This document shows positions 12,920 to 25,924 of a DNA stretch of 64,000 nt, one piece after another. Positions within the stretch are counted from its first letter, which is position 1; each line of letters starts with the position of its first letter. The DNA is from Mobula hypostoma (taxonomy: Eukaryota), in assembly GCF_963921235.1 (NCBI RefSeq), contig NC_086119.1, positions 26,598,001-26,662,000 on the forward strand, given 5' to 3'. Both the position numbers and the translations under genes were made by a program. A model generated the notes under the pieces. That model was not told the DNA's origin. It made no database searches and saw only the letters and a list, made by a program, of their open reading frames with translations.

Positions 12920-13985
12920 CTGCTAGGCAGCATCTGGAATAAAACATAAGATTCTTGTCACTCCATTATACAAAGGATATTGAGGCTCTGAGAAGCTGCA
13001 GAAGACGTTTATCAGGATGGTTCTTGGATTGGGGGGACATGTGCGAAAGAACAGGTCGGACAAACTTGAGTTGTTTTCTCTGGTGAGGTGGAGGCTGGGG
13101 AGAGACCAAATTTAGTTCATAAGATTATGAGAGGCATAAACAGAGTAGGCAGCCATAACTATTTTCCCAGGGTCAATATGTCTCATACATAGAGTCTTGC
13201 CATAGAGAGAGTACAAAGAAGGTTCACCAGATTGATTCCTGGGATGGCAGGACTTTCATATGAAGAAAGACTGGATGAACTGGGCTTGTACTCATTGGAA
13301 TTTAGAAGATTGAGGGGGGATCTGATTGAAACGTATAAGATCCTAAAGGGATTGGACAGGCTAGATGCAGGAAGATTGTTCCCGATGTTGGGGAAGTCCA
13401 GAACGAGGGGCCACAGTTTGAGGATAGAGGGGAAGCCTTTTAGGACCGAGATTAGGAAAAACTTCCTCACACAGAGAGTGGTGAATCTGTGGAATTCTCT
13501 GCCACAGAAAACAGTTGAGGCCAGTTCATTGGCTATATTTAAGAGTGAGTTAGATATGGCCCTTGTGGCTACGGGGGTCAGGGGGTATGGAGGGAAGGCT
13601 GGGGCGGGGTTCTGAGTTGGATGATCAGCCATGATCATAATAAATGGCGGTGCAGGCACGAAGGGCCGAATGGCCTACTCCTGCACCTATTTTCTATGTT
13701 TCTATGCTTCTATGACTTAAGATGAGAGGCGGGAAGTTCAAAGGAGATGTGTGGGGAAAATTATTTTTACTAAGCACTGAAAGTGGTGGGTAACCTGAAA
13801 CTCATTGCCTGGAGTGGTAGTGGAGGCAAATATGACAGAGGTGTTTAAGAGGAACTTAGACATAGACGTTGTGTAGGTAGAAAGGGTTAGATTAGTTAGG
13901 AGTTAAGTACTAGTTTAATTACTTCGGCACAACATCATGGGCCAAAGGCCCTTTTCCTGTGCTTAAATGTTCTGTGTTCTAAGTT
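12920..13985 (+). mobile_element. Old CR1 3' fragment hosting a young CR1
   Basis: CR1 C-terminal motifs on both sides of the 13195-13713 insert; tail gttctgtgttcta at ~13970. Confidence 0.75.
13195..13713 (+). mobile_element. Young CR1 3' fragment (same subfamily as 34545-36520)
   Basis: Open ORF 13232-13615 (IPGMAGLSYEERLDELGLYSLEFRRLRGDLIETYK...); nearly identical to 36010-36520; (TTCTATG)n tail. Confidence 0.95.
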
Positions 13986-14335
13986 GAAGAAACTACACAG
14001 CATACTCCTGCTCTTAATTCCTTTCATCAAGCAAAGAGTGTTAGTCACTCAGTGTCAATTGATTACCTTTTCCAACTCCACTGTATTTACAACTGATATA
14101 CAATCACAATGACACTTGGTACGTAACGTCGGAGTATAGATTTAAAATTATTGGAAACAAATCTGGAAGGGAAATGCTGGTTATTATTCTATGGATTGGT
14201 GATGGGATCTGAAACTCTATCTGAAAACATGGTGGTGGCTGATTCTGTAATTAATTTCAGTAGCAACTTGGCAACTACTAGACACCTGGGGGCCTAATTA
14301 GAAACTTCAAGTTGGGATTCTTCCAAAGAGCCAAA

Positions 14336-14620
14336 GGGGCACACAGTGGTGCAGCTAGTAGAAATGCTCCAGTGACTCCCATGCAATCCTGACCTCCAGT
14401 GCCATCCGTGTAGAATTTGCATTTTCTCCCTGTGACCATGTGGCTTCCTCCGGGTCTCTAGTTTCTTCCCACACCCCATCAGGGCTGTGTGGATTAATTG
14501 GCCACTATAAATTGAGTTTAGTGTATGAGTGTTAAAATCGGGGAGGAGTTGAGGGGAACATTTGGAGAGTAAAAGGAATTTGTATAAAATTAATGTAAAA
14601 TCAGTGCTCAATGTTTGGTA
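14336..14620 (+). mobile_element. HE1/V-SINE-like tRNA-derived SINE
   Basis: tRNA-like head ggcacacagtggtgcagctagtag and V-domain ggcttcctccgggtctctagtttcttcccaca. Confidence 0.75.
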
Positions 14621-15631
14621 CAGAAAGTGGGCTGAAGCGTCTCCTTCCATGGGCCAAATGGTTACCTGCAGTGTAGGCCTCTTCTTCGAATACAGTGGGA
14701 TGTGGGCTGTTTCTAGTTGGCTGCTGTTGAAGAATATCTGGAGTTCTGAATGGCAGTAATGATGTGTGGCCTCTCAGTCACTAGGTCTGAGGATGTCTTG
14801 GAGTGGCTGGAAAATGTTCTCAAGGGCAAAGGGTGAGCAGCCAAAGAGGAGTGTGGTGCACGTTGGCACCAAGGACACAGGTAGAAAGGGGGGAGAGGTC
14901 CTGTGCAGCACTGGAGTTAAAAAGAGGCTGATAAGCAGAACCTCCAACGTAATAATTTCTGGATTACACCCAGTGCCACATGTAGTCAGGGCAGCAGGAG
15001 AAAGATGGAGCAGATGAATGAGTGATTGAGGAACAGGTGCAGGATGAGGGATTTGATGTTGTTGGATAATTGGAACTCTTCTGGGCCAGGGGACCTGTAC
15101 AAGAGGAAAGGGCTGCACCTTAACTCTCGGGGGAGGGGGGAGAGATTAATATCTCAGCTGCAGGATTCACTAGTGCTACTCAGGAGGTGTTAACTGGTTT
15201 GGTAGGGGGTGGAAACCAGAGCACCGGGTCAGAAAGTGAAAAGAAGGTGGACATCGTGTTCAGAACAGGCAGGAGCAAGGAAGTAGACATAATGGGATGG
15301 ACAAGTTGAATTCTATGTACTTCAATGCAATAAATATTATAGTGATGAACTTAGAGTATGGATCTATACATGGAATTGTGAAGTTGTGACCATATCAGAG
15401 ACATGATTGAGAGAGAACTTAGTGTTCCAGGAAAGTTAGAGGAGCTGGTGGAGGGGGGTGTTATTACATTGATTATCGGGACAAAATCACAATTGCACTC
15501 AAAGGCGACAGAACAGAGGGCTCATCAGCTGAGGCTATATAACTAGTGCTCAGAAATAAGAAAGGTGTAATCACTATGGTGTGATTATACTAATGACCAC
15601 ACCCCTTTCTAATAGCCAGCAGAATATTGAG

Positions 15632-15900
15632 GAACCCGCATTTACCACCTTGTCTGGCAGCTCATTCTTCACACACAGAGTGGTGGGAGTGTGGAATGAG
15701 CTGCCAGACGAGGTGGTAAATGTGGGTTCTTTTTTAACATTTAAGAATAAATTGGACAGATACATGGATGGGAGGTGTATGGAGGGATATGGTCCATGTG
15801 CAGGTCAGTGGGACGAGGCAGATAAATGGTTTGGTACAGCCAAGAAGGGCCAAAAGGCCTGTTTCTGTGCTGTAGTTTTTCTATGGCTTCTATGGTTCTA
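15632..15900 (+). mobile_element. Short young CR1 3' end with a 36-bp 5' inverted duplication
   Basis: FFTHRVVGVWNELPDEVVNVGS...LDRYMD and (CTATGGTT)n tail; 15632-15667 is the reverse complement of 15694-15729 (34/36). Confidence 0.9.
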
Positions 15901-17364
15901 ACAGATACGTAGATAGATTAGGGAAAGGTGTAAAACCAGCAAGGACTTTAACTTCCCCAATATAGACTGGGACCTCCTTAGTGCAAGAGCTCTAGACAGG
16001 GAAGGGCCATACTACAACTGGTGTTGGGTAATGAGCTTGATTGGGTGACTGATCTTTCTGTGGGAAGACAGTTAGGGAACAGTGATCACATGTCCTTAAG
16101 TTTTAAAGATAGCTTTAAAGTATGAGCATTTCAGAAGAATGTTAAATTGGACCGGGACAAATTACAAGAGTGTTAGGGATAGTCAATTGGAAAGAGTTGT
16201 TTTTAGACAAGTCCACATCTGACATGAGGAGGGTGTTTGAAGGCCAACTGCAAAGACCACAGATACAGGTATGTTCCAATCAGAAGGAAAGACAAAGATG
16301 GTAAGATAAGGGAGAGAGGCTACAGTCAAACAGTTCTCAAGGATGATAAAAAAAAAGCTAGAAATGAAATCAATAAGGGAATTATAAAAGCCAAGAAGGG
16401 CCATGGAAAGACTTTGGCAAGTAGGATCAAAGAGAACCCCAAGGCATTCTATATGAAGATCACAAGAAAGAGGATACTAGAGAGAGGGTTGGAACTCGAA
16501 ACATAAAAGGAGGATTGTATCCTTGGAAGTAGAGAATGTGGGTGAGGTCCTAAATGAGCAATTTGTATCAGTATTCATTAAGGAGAAGGACCTGAAGGAT
16601 GGGGAGATCAGTGTGGAGTGTCCTCATTTGCATTTCAAGATAGAGGAGGAGGAAGAGTTAGTTCTCTTAAAGAACATTAAAATTAAAAATGTCCCAGGGA
16701 TGAAATATACTCGAGTTTATTGAGGGAGGAAAGAATTGAGATTTCTGGGGCCTTAACCAATATTTTTCTGTGCTGTCTAGCCATAGGCAAGGTCCTAGAG
16801 TACTGGTGAGTAGATCATTTTGTTGCATTTTTCAAGAAAGGAAATAAGAATAATACTGGAAAATATAGTCCCTTGGGTCTCATCTAAGTGCTAAGGAAGT
16901 TACTGGAGAGGATTTATGAGTATTTGAAAACCCATAGCCTAGTTAAGGATATACAGCTTGGCTTTGTGTGGGGAAAATCATGCCTTACTAACTTGATTGA
17001 GATTTTGGAGGAGCTGCTGAAGGTGATTCATGAAGGTAGAACTGTGGTTGTTGTCTACATTGATTTCAGTAAGATATTGCATAAGGTCCTTCATGGAAGG
17101 CTCGTTCAGAAAATTAAGATATATGGGAAATGTTACATGGGCAAGTCAGTTTGTAATAGGTATGTAGACAGGTGGGATAGTAAGTTTGCAGATGATATGA
17201 AAAAGATTGATGGATATTGTAGAAGACTGGCAAAGGATAGAGCAGTATAGAGATCAGTTGATGATATGTGTGGAAAGATAACAGATGTAGTTGAACGTGG
17301 CTAAACATGAAATATTTCACTTTGGGAGATCAAATGTAAAGATACACTGTTAAATGGCAAACTT

Positions 17365-18132
17365 TAAAGTTCAAAGTAAGTTCATTATCAAATACATGTA
17401 TGTCATCATATACAACCCTGAGATTCACTTACTTGTGGACATACTCAATAAATCCAAAATAGACTAATAACCATAATAGAATCAATGAAAGACTGCACCA
17501 GCTTGGACATTCAACCAGTGTGCGAAAGGAAACACCATCAAGCTGTGCAAATACAAAAAGAAAGAAATAATAATAAATAAGCAACAGATATGAAGAATAT
17601 GAGATGAAGAGTCCTTAAGAGTGAGTCCGTAGATTGTGGGAACATTTCAATGATGAGGCAAGTGAACTAGAGTGAAGTTGCCCCTTTGGTTCAAGAGCCT
17701 GATGGTTGAGGGGTTAGAACTGTTCATGAACCTAGTGGTGTGAGTCCTGAGACTCCTGTACCTTTTTCCTGATGGCTGCAGTGAGGAAAGAACATGTCCT
17801 GGGTGTGGGGATCTCTGATTATGGATGCTGCTTTCCTGAGACTGTGTTTCGTGTAGATGTGCTCAATGGTGGGAAGGGCTTTACCTGTGATGGACTGGGC
17901 CATATCCACTACATTTTGTAGGATTGTCCATTCAAGGGCATTGGTGTTTCCATACCAGATGTGATGCAGCTAGTCAATATACTCTCCACTACACATCTAT
18001 AGAAGTTTGTCAAAGTTTTAGATGTCATGACGAATTTTCACAAACTCCTGAAGAAGAAGAGGCACTGCTGTTCTTTCTTCATAATTGTACTAACGTGCTG
18101 GGCCTAGGACAGGTCCTTTGGGGAATTTAAAG
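17365..18132 (-). mobile_element. Rex1/Babar-type LINE 3' fragment nested in CR1
   Basis: Antisense ORF 17724-17909 (AQSITGKALPTIEHIYTKHSLRKAASIIRDPH); gataatgaac + (TTTGAAC)-like tail. Confidence 0.85.
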
Positions 18133-18705
18133 TTCCCATAACAATTCCGTGAACAGTATTGATGTGCAAATGGATGTTAGTATCCATGCCCGTAGCTTCT
18201 GGAAAATGGCTACAGGTGATGATGGAAGGTGGGGGGAGGGGGTTAAAGATATATGACGTGCTTGCCTTCATTAGTGGAAGAAGTACAGGCATCAGTAAGT
18301 TATGTAGTAGTTTTATAAAACTCTAGTTAGACCACATATGGAATATTGCATTCTGGTCTGACTGCCCTATTATTGGAAGGATATCAAGGCTTTGAGAGGG
18401 TGCAGAAGATTTTTACCATGATGCTTCCTGGATTAGAGAAAAGACTTGTGGTGTTTTCTCTGGAGCTCTGGAGGCTGAAGGGAGATCTGATAGAGTTTTA
18501 TAAGGTTATGTGGCACAGATAGATAAGATAGCCTATCTTTTTCTCACAGAGTTGAAATATTTAGTACTCAAGGGCATGTAGTTAAGCTGAGAGGGGGCAA
18601 GTTCAAATATATTGTGTGAGCAAGTATTTTTGTGTAGGGTGATAGATGACTGAAATGTGGTAGTGGAGGAAGATATGATGGAGGCATTCAAAAGGCTCTT
18701 AGATA

Positions 18706-19743
18706 GGTTGCTGGTTACTAGTGGTGTTCCGCAGGGGTCGGTGTTGGGGCCGCTTCTTTTTACAATGTATATCGATGATTTAGATTATGGATTAAATGGT
18801 TTTGTGGCTAAATTTGTGGATGACACCAAGATAGGTGGAGAATCAGGAAGTGTTGAAGAAACGGAAAGGTTGCAGAGAGACTTGGTCAGTTTAGGAGAGT
18901 GGGAAAAGAAATTGCAGGTGAGATACAATGTTGAGAAATGTACAGTTGTACATTTTGGAAGAAGAAATAATCAGGCAGATTATTATTTAGATGGGGAGAA
19001 AATTCTAAAATCAGAAGTGCAAAGGGACTTGGGAGTCCTCATGCAGGATACCCTAAAGGTTAACCACCAGGTTGGTCGGCAGTAAGGAAAATGAATGCTA
19101 TGTTGACATTCATTTCAAGAGGTGTAGTGTCCAAGAATAAGGAGGTGTTGATGAGACTCTATGGGGCACTGGTGAGACCTCATTTGGAATACTGTGTACA
19201 GTTTTGGGCCCCCTATCTTAGAAGGGATGTTCTGATGTTGGAAAGAGTTCAGAGAAGATTTACGAGGATGATTCCTGGAATGCAGAGGCTAACATATGAG
19301 GAGTGTTTGTTGGCTCTTGGACTGTATTCATTAGAGTAGAGAAGAATGAGAGGGGATCTCATAGAAACATTTCGAATGTTGAAAGGGTTGGACAGAGTAG
19401 ATGTGGAAAGGCTGTTTCCCTTGGTGGGTGAGTCCAGGACAAGAGGCTACAGTCTTATAATTAGAGGGTACCCGTTTAAAACAGAGATGAGGAGAAATTT
19501 TTTTAGCCAGGGGTTTGTGGATTCATGGAATTCGTTGCCACATACAGCTGTGGAGGCCCAATCATTGAGGGTGTTTAAGGAGGAGATTTATAGGTATCTA
19601 ATTAGTCAGGGTATCAAGGGATATGAGGAAAAAGCCGGAAATTGGAACTAGACGGGAGAATAGTTTAGCTCATGGTGGAGTGGCAGAGCAGACTCGATGG
19701 GCCGAATGGCCTACTTCTGCTTCTTTGTCTTGTGATCTTGTGA
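18706..19743 (+). mobile_element. CR1 RT 3' half (younger) nested in old CR1
   Basis: VTSGVPQGSVLGPLLFTMYIDDL, KFVDDTKIGG and RPHLEYCVQFWAP motifs; (TCTTGTGA)n tail; a few stops/frameshifts. Confidence 0.95.
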
Positions 19744-20140
19744 CAGGCATATGAATGTGCAAAAATTGGAAATATCAGGATTTTGTGTAGGTGGGAGGTG
19801 GCCAGAGATGTCCTCCTCCTTTAAAGAATGGGATTTCCCTTCCGCTACTATTGATGCTGCTCCAACCCGCTTCTCCACCACTCACCCCATCTGAGGAAAG
19901 AAGGGGAAGACTTGAACATTTCTTTTCCCAATAATATTATCCGCTATTTTAAACTGCTTTCAGGCATCTGTTTTTCATAATTATAAAGGCACATTAAATT
20001 ATTTCAATTTTAATTATTTTTAAACGTTTCTGAAGGCAGGGGTTTTTCAAAATGATTAAAACTGATGTATATCGCTGACAGCTGATAAAGCTGGCAGTTC
20101 TGTTTAGCAAGCTGTCAAAGTATTATGGTAACACTAGAAT

Positions 20141-20335
20141 TTCTGCAGATGCAGAATAGCACACATAAAATGCTGAAGGAACTCAGCAAGTCAGACAGCA
20201 TCTTGGAGACAAATTAGGACTGTCCTCTTGTTGGGTGTCAGCCCAAAACATCAGCTGTTTATTCCCCTCCATAAATGCTGCCTGACTTGCTGAATTTCTT
20301 TCTTCCTTCCTTCTGCATTTTGTGTCTGTTGCTAA
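20141..20335. mobile_element. Palindromic Penelope pseudo-LTR mini-element
   Basis: aaaatgctgaaggaactcagcaagtcagacagcatc ... atgctgcctgacttgctgaatt...gcattttgtgt in inverted orientation. Confidence 0.75.
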
Positions 20336-21127
20336 AGTCTTACAGAGGCATTTTTGGAGCACAACCTCCAGAGGTATTGCTGCCATTAATCATCAATACA
20401 TCAGCTATAGCCTTTCAGAGGCCAATTATAGCCTTTTACATTTGAAGCACGAATGTATGTGATGTGGGATGGAGGAGACAGAGTTAGGCCTAACTGCATA
20501 ACTCTTCCAATGAGGCCTCACAGACATGTGCCTGTAGTCTCCTATACCTATAGATTCAGCCTTTCTACACCAGAGTTAAACATTAGGAATGCAACAACAC
20601 TTACTTAAAATGCTGAAGTTAACTTAAATTTCACTGAGTAAAATAAATTTGTTTGAATTCAGCAAATAGTCAAGGCGGTAGATCAGAACTTTCCTGAAAT
20701 CTGGTTTCACTAGAACTGGAACTCCTGTGGTTAGGTAGGGTGTGCTTTTCTTCAGAAACCTCTGACCTTGACTTTGGGTTAATTCCACTACAGGAAAGAA
20801 TCCCTTAAAGCCGCCTTATTTTATTGGAATCAAATCAGTTAAATTAATAGCTACAATTTCATTTACTGCAATGATAGTATAGCTCTGCTGTTATTATTTG
20901 CGTGATTTCAAGGCAAGGACAAAATCAATTTGGTTGAGTTTTTATTTTTGTGCCAAGTGAAGCATTTCACAACATGTTTTTAATATTTATTGTTTCAATT
21001 TGGAAAACATCATCTTTCTATTTTTAACAGTTAATGCTTCAGCCACAGGACGAGAGCCTGCTTGCAAATTTAATTTCTTTTCCAGCTTTTATTTTGTTAC
21101 TCAAGTAAGTGTTTTGCCTCATTTCTA

Positions 21128-21398
21128 GGGTGGCATAGTACTGTAGTGGTCGGCGGAATGCTTTACAGCGCTAGCTGTAAGTTCAGAGTTCAATTCCTGC
21201 CATTGTCTAAAAGAAGTTTGTATGTTCTCCCCGTGACAGGCTCCTGCTTCCTCCCACATTCCAATGACTTGTGGGTTAGGGTTAGTACGTTGTTGGCTTG
21301 CTACGTTGGCGATGGAAGCATGGTGACTCTTGCGGGCTGACCCCGGCACATACCGAACTGAGTTGCTTGTTATGTATGTGTCATAAATAAAGCTAATA
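21128..21398 (+). mobile_element. HE1/V-SINE-like tRNA-derived SINE
   Basis: A-box-like gtagtggtcgg, B-box gagttcaattcc, gtttgtatgttctccccgtgac...ttcctcccacattcca, and a LINE-like tail aaataaagctaat. Confidence 0.85.
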
Positions 21399-22979
21399 CA
21401 GTGATTCTTTATTTATCTACAAGGGCCTATTGATTAGGTTAAAGAGGTAATAATGTACCTCAGATGTAAGTGGTATGATTGTAGATTAATACATTTAGAC
21501 AGATCCCATAATAATAAATACACATGTATTGATTTGTTGATGGTTTAATTACAAAATTATCAAATTAGTATCATTAACACTGACAATTGTTCCCATTTGT
21601 ACAGCTTCTTGAATAAAACAAAAATATTCCGAAGTACCAGACAGGAATGTTACTCATGGAATAGAAATTACCATGAGCCACATTGATCCATTAGGGTAGA
21701 GGGCCAACGTTTAGGTCAAATAGGGGGGAAAAGAGAGAAAGACTTAGAAAGGTACTGAGGGGGAATTTTGGAGAATAGTGCCAAGCAACTGAATAGAAGG
21801 CCATCTGAGATGGTGTGCTTAAATTCTGGATCCCTAATTTCTTCAATCCAAAATGTTATTCAATGAAAGAATTCCTTCATTTAATTTTTTAACCCAATAA
21901 CTGCACTTCTACTGTGCTTTGTAGTTTGTTTAATTCTGAGTTATGGTAGCTTCAAAAGTACAGTTAACTCCTTAACTCAACAAAGTTCTCTAACTTCTAT
22001 GATATAAGATGTTTTCTCACTTCTAGTGACATTGTGCACATTGTGCTGTGGCTCTCTATTCTCAATCAGGTTCATGATTCATTCCAGGAATCAGAGTTAA
22101 GTTTTGCCTAGTTGTCAATTCAAGAAACAATTATTTTACACTTGCAGGAATTAGAAGAACTGATTCTTGAAAATATAACAATGTAGAAAGAGCTACTCAG
22201 ACTATCAACTCTCTGCTTGTTTCTTGCAGTGCAGTTTATACAGAGTCATTTCTCTGCTCATGGTCCTGCAATTTATTTTCTCTCAATTGCCCATCCATTC
22301 GAAAATTCTTCTAGTTTATATGTGCTCCACCGCTTAAGGTAATGAGATCTAGATAATGGCCACACTCCACTTAAAAGTGTTTTTTGGCTATATTCCTTCT
22401 GAATCTCCAATTACACTTTGAAACTATGCTACTTGATCTTCAAACTAATGGAAATACTTTACCCCAGTTCCCACAAGTAAACATAGCAGGATTGTGTCCT
22501 CTCAACTTTATTGCACAATCTCACCTTCTGCAATCTAGATCAGAAGTTGTTAAATTCATCACCTATTTGAATTCCTTTCTCTGGTAAATCTGCACTCTTT
22601 ATAGCACCTTTCTGGGACCTTCTTACTTCCTAGTTTATGGTGATTATGAATGAGCAAATTTCTATGTTAACCTGACCACTTGCTTCTTAACCAGAGGCCC
22701 TAACTGGAAGCTTGACATCAAGGCAACAAATTGGGATTTGTGAAGAGACTGAATTATTCATGTGGGTGATGAGAACATGGAACTTGTAACCACATGAAGT
22801 GATTGAGGTAAACAGAGTTTATGAAATTAGTATAAGCAGGAAAGGGATTCTGTCAAATTTCGATCAGGAATTTTGAATCAAAGCTCAAAGTATAATTGGT
22901 GCAACAAAGGTCTATCTGGTACTAATTTTCTTATGTAAAACTTCACTGAAAACTTCATTGGCATAAACACCACAATATT

Positions 22980-23430
22980 TCAGCTCTTGGTTAAATTGTA
23001 ACTAGAGCCATTCTTATGTGCATGCCGATAAATAGACAGTTCAAATATTTAATTTTCATCCATTTGCTTTCTTGTAAGTGTCTGTACATGTGTGCATAAA
23101 AGCAATTATTTCTGCTTTCTGTCATTAATAATCCATGAAGGGAAGCCAAGAAAGCAAATTTATGCTCAATAGAAACAAAGAAGATTAAAGGGGATATATG
23201 CTTCCAACTTTTAGAATTATGTAAAGAACCAATGAATTGGATAGTCATGCAAAACAGTTATAAAAACCCCACTGGGCATGATTATAAACTAAGGAACCCA
23301 TAAGTTAAGCTTGGTATTAACATGCCTTTGATTGATGGTGAAAACCAGCATCGGCTATAATAAAATCTCAACTTCATTCAATTACTTAAAAGGGGCTCCA
23401 ATTAATTCCTCTATAATTTAGTTCTCCCTT
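22980..23430. promoter_or_regulatory. Candidate enhancer (TE-free, homeodomain/TCF motif cluster)
   Basis: Overlapping CTTTGAT (TCF/LEF) and TGATTGATGG (Pbx-Hox) at 23326-23338, CTGTCA at ~23119, many TAAT. Conservation is untested. Confidence 0.3.
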
Positions 23431-24944
23431 CCCTGCTCCATTTGTTCTTCTTATCTACAGTTTATTTGTGACATCAGCCACTTTTACAACTACCAGCTTC
23501 ACACAGGATCAGATCAGGCTCATCAAACCTTCTCAGATTTGCTTCCTGCTCTCCAGATGAACAAACTATTCTCTGTCAGTTGGATGTATAAACCATTTTA
23601 AAAGCATTAGCCCAAAATGTGCCTGGCACCAAATCTCATTTTAGCACAGTTTAACAAAAGGTTAAAAATTGCATTTCCTTAACTTCAAGTTTCATTGTTC
23701 TCGATGAGGGGTTTTTCCAGACATGTCACCGTAAAGGACATCACAGGAAAGACCAGATAAGGCTCCGTTATATTTCACAAAGGTTTTACAAATTTTCAGA
23801 ACTTTACTAGAAATTAAACATTTTCTTTGATGTAATTAAAATTTTAAAATAAGATAGGGAAGGTCAATCATTTAATCAGGACAACACTCTCAAGGAATTT
23901 CTAATGCCATCTATGGGTTGAGAGATCAATACCACTGTACATCCAGACCACGGCTGAAAGTAGCAAAGCATTTTTGCTTGCATTCAAATTTGTTATGAGT
24001 TATAAAACTTTTCAAAATGCAATTAAAATGGATGATTCACAAGTTGTTTATTCAACTAGACATGAGAAATGTATGTAACACAATAAATTACATATATACC
24101 GACCTGAACATTCTAGCATTATCTCTTAGAGAAGAAAATTACTTCGTAATTAGTGCGATTGTAGGAGAAGCTTGGTGTATTCAGTTTATTTAATCAAATA
24201 TGTTTCTGAAGATAATTATAATTATTCACAAAATTTAAAATATCAAAGACAAGTTTTAACATTGTAGATGTTAAGGTGGGGTGAGTTTATACAGATTTAA
24301 ATAATTTCCTTTCTAAAACTTTATCTCAAATAGGAATTTACAATACCCTTTATTAAATAAATAATTTCAAGGCATAATTGTGAAAAATAAGAATATACCT
24401 GCCTTTTATGATTGTATTTAGTGTGAATCTGCAATTGTAACATTTGGATAATGCAATGGAGGAGTGCACTGCAGGTTTAGTCATTATGCAGGAGGGCCAT
24501 AAAAATTTAATACTTCAATTTGACATTTCCTGCATAGATATTAATTTTGCAGGATGTTTTCATATTTTAACTCAGCTCGTCTTTGTGAACCACACCATTT
24601 TTTTTTCCAAAGCCTCTCAGAGTTTGCACTGGCAGAATCAAAGTACAGACTTCTGTGATAAGGTAACGCTCAAGACAAAGATCTCATTTTCAAATTTCTT
24701 TGCTCAGAATTTATATGGATTGCTGTGAAGTAGAATAACTAGAAATAAACAACTTTTTAGCATTGAAAATAAGTAAAAAGTTGGAACTACAAATTACAAA
24801 ATTTATAAAAATTATATATTATTCAGTAACCTGAACTCAACCAAATCTTTCTCACTTCCTCAGGGAGTTCTAAATTTATTTTTAACTGTTATCTGTTTTA
24901 AAAGTGCAATAACAATTGGTGCATACAGAAGCATAACTAGATTC

Positions 24945-25150
24945 ACACAAGAGATTCTGTAGATGCTGGAAATCCAGAACAACACACACAAATTGCCGGA
25001 GGAGCTCAGCAAATCAGACAGTATCTATGGAGAGGAATAAACTGTTGACATTTCACCTTTCATTCGGACTGAATCCCCCTCTCTCCCACCTTCTTATTCT
25101 GGTTTCTTCCGCTTTCCTTTCCAGTCCTGAGGAAGGGACTCAACCTAAAC
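24945..25150. mobile_element. Penelope pseudo-LTR fragments in inverted arrangement
   Basis: acacacaaattgccggaggagctcagc head, antisense ttcattcggactg, then sense ccagtcctgaggaaggg. Confidence 0.7.
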
Positions 25151-25924
25151 AGTTTATTGCTATAACCAGATTGTGTTCATCAACATATTTCAAGAAGTAA
25201 ATAAATGAAGAAGCAGTTGAAATGCTGTTGTGATGGTGGATTGAGTTTTATTGAGGTAGATATATTGACCCTGATATAAACGGAACTCACTGCTGTCCTT
25301 TTCTGAGTAGGCAGTCAGTGCCTCTGTAAACGGCTCAACCAGAGGACGTGGTAGGCAGTGAGGGTACATTAATTCACACACAGGACTTCCAGAGAATGTT
25401 CCTTGGATCATTATTGGCAACAAGACTTTGAGTTAGCATTTGGATTAGCTGATTCATTGTCAGTGGATTGTGAGAAGGAAGGAAATTATTACAAATAAAA
25501 ATTACTGGGAGTACAGAGCAGTGAGGCAAGAAAGGGATGCTTGACTGTCATGAGCAGAGGAGGGAGACAGAATACTGTAATTCCAATATGATTTGCAACT
25601 CTACCTGGTTCAGTGAGTAGTCAAAAATTCATAGAATACCTCCACAACTACTAGGCTACAATCAATGTTTCTGTGGCTGGCAAATTAGTGGCCCATCTTT
25701 GTTCTGCATCTGAGCATCTAAGAAGCAGATGCTGCCCACTTTCTGTGTGCAGCCAGCCCAGACACGAATGCCACAACAGTGGGGTGTCAAGGGCCAAACA
25801 AGGAACCAAGAGAAAAAATGGAAGCGGGGAGGGAATGCTGAGTTGATAGGGATAGTTTTCTGACTGTATCCTAATTGGAGGAATCCAGTGAAGTGCAAGG
25901 ACAAAGAAGAAAATAATCTTGGAG

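Larger units (their letters stand above)
14680..19795 (+). mobile_element. Old, near full-length but decayed CR1 (ORF1 esterase, endonuclease, RT), host of three later insertions
   Basis: VVHVGTKD (esterase-like ORF1) at ~14855; YFNA..I / ETW(stop)L endonuclease at ~15320-15410; GKSCLTNLIE, YIDFSK and SKFADD RT motifs at 16970-17200; resumes at ~18135 and ~19745. Confidence 0.85.

Noticed and set aside
13183-13659. Antisense ORFs over CR1/RTE copies (also 35337-35741, 36224-36451, 63422-63808)
   Set aside because: Shadow frames of retrotransposon coding sequence.
21128-21205. tRNA gene
   Set aside because: A/B-box head continues into a SINE body and LINE-like tail; no intact cloverleaf.
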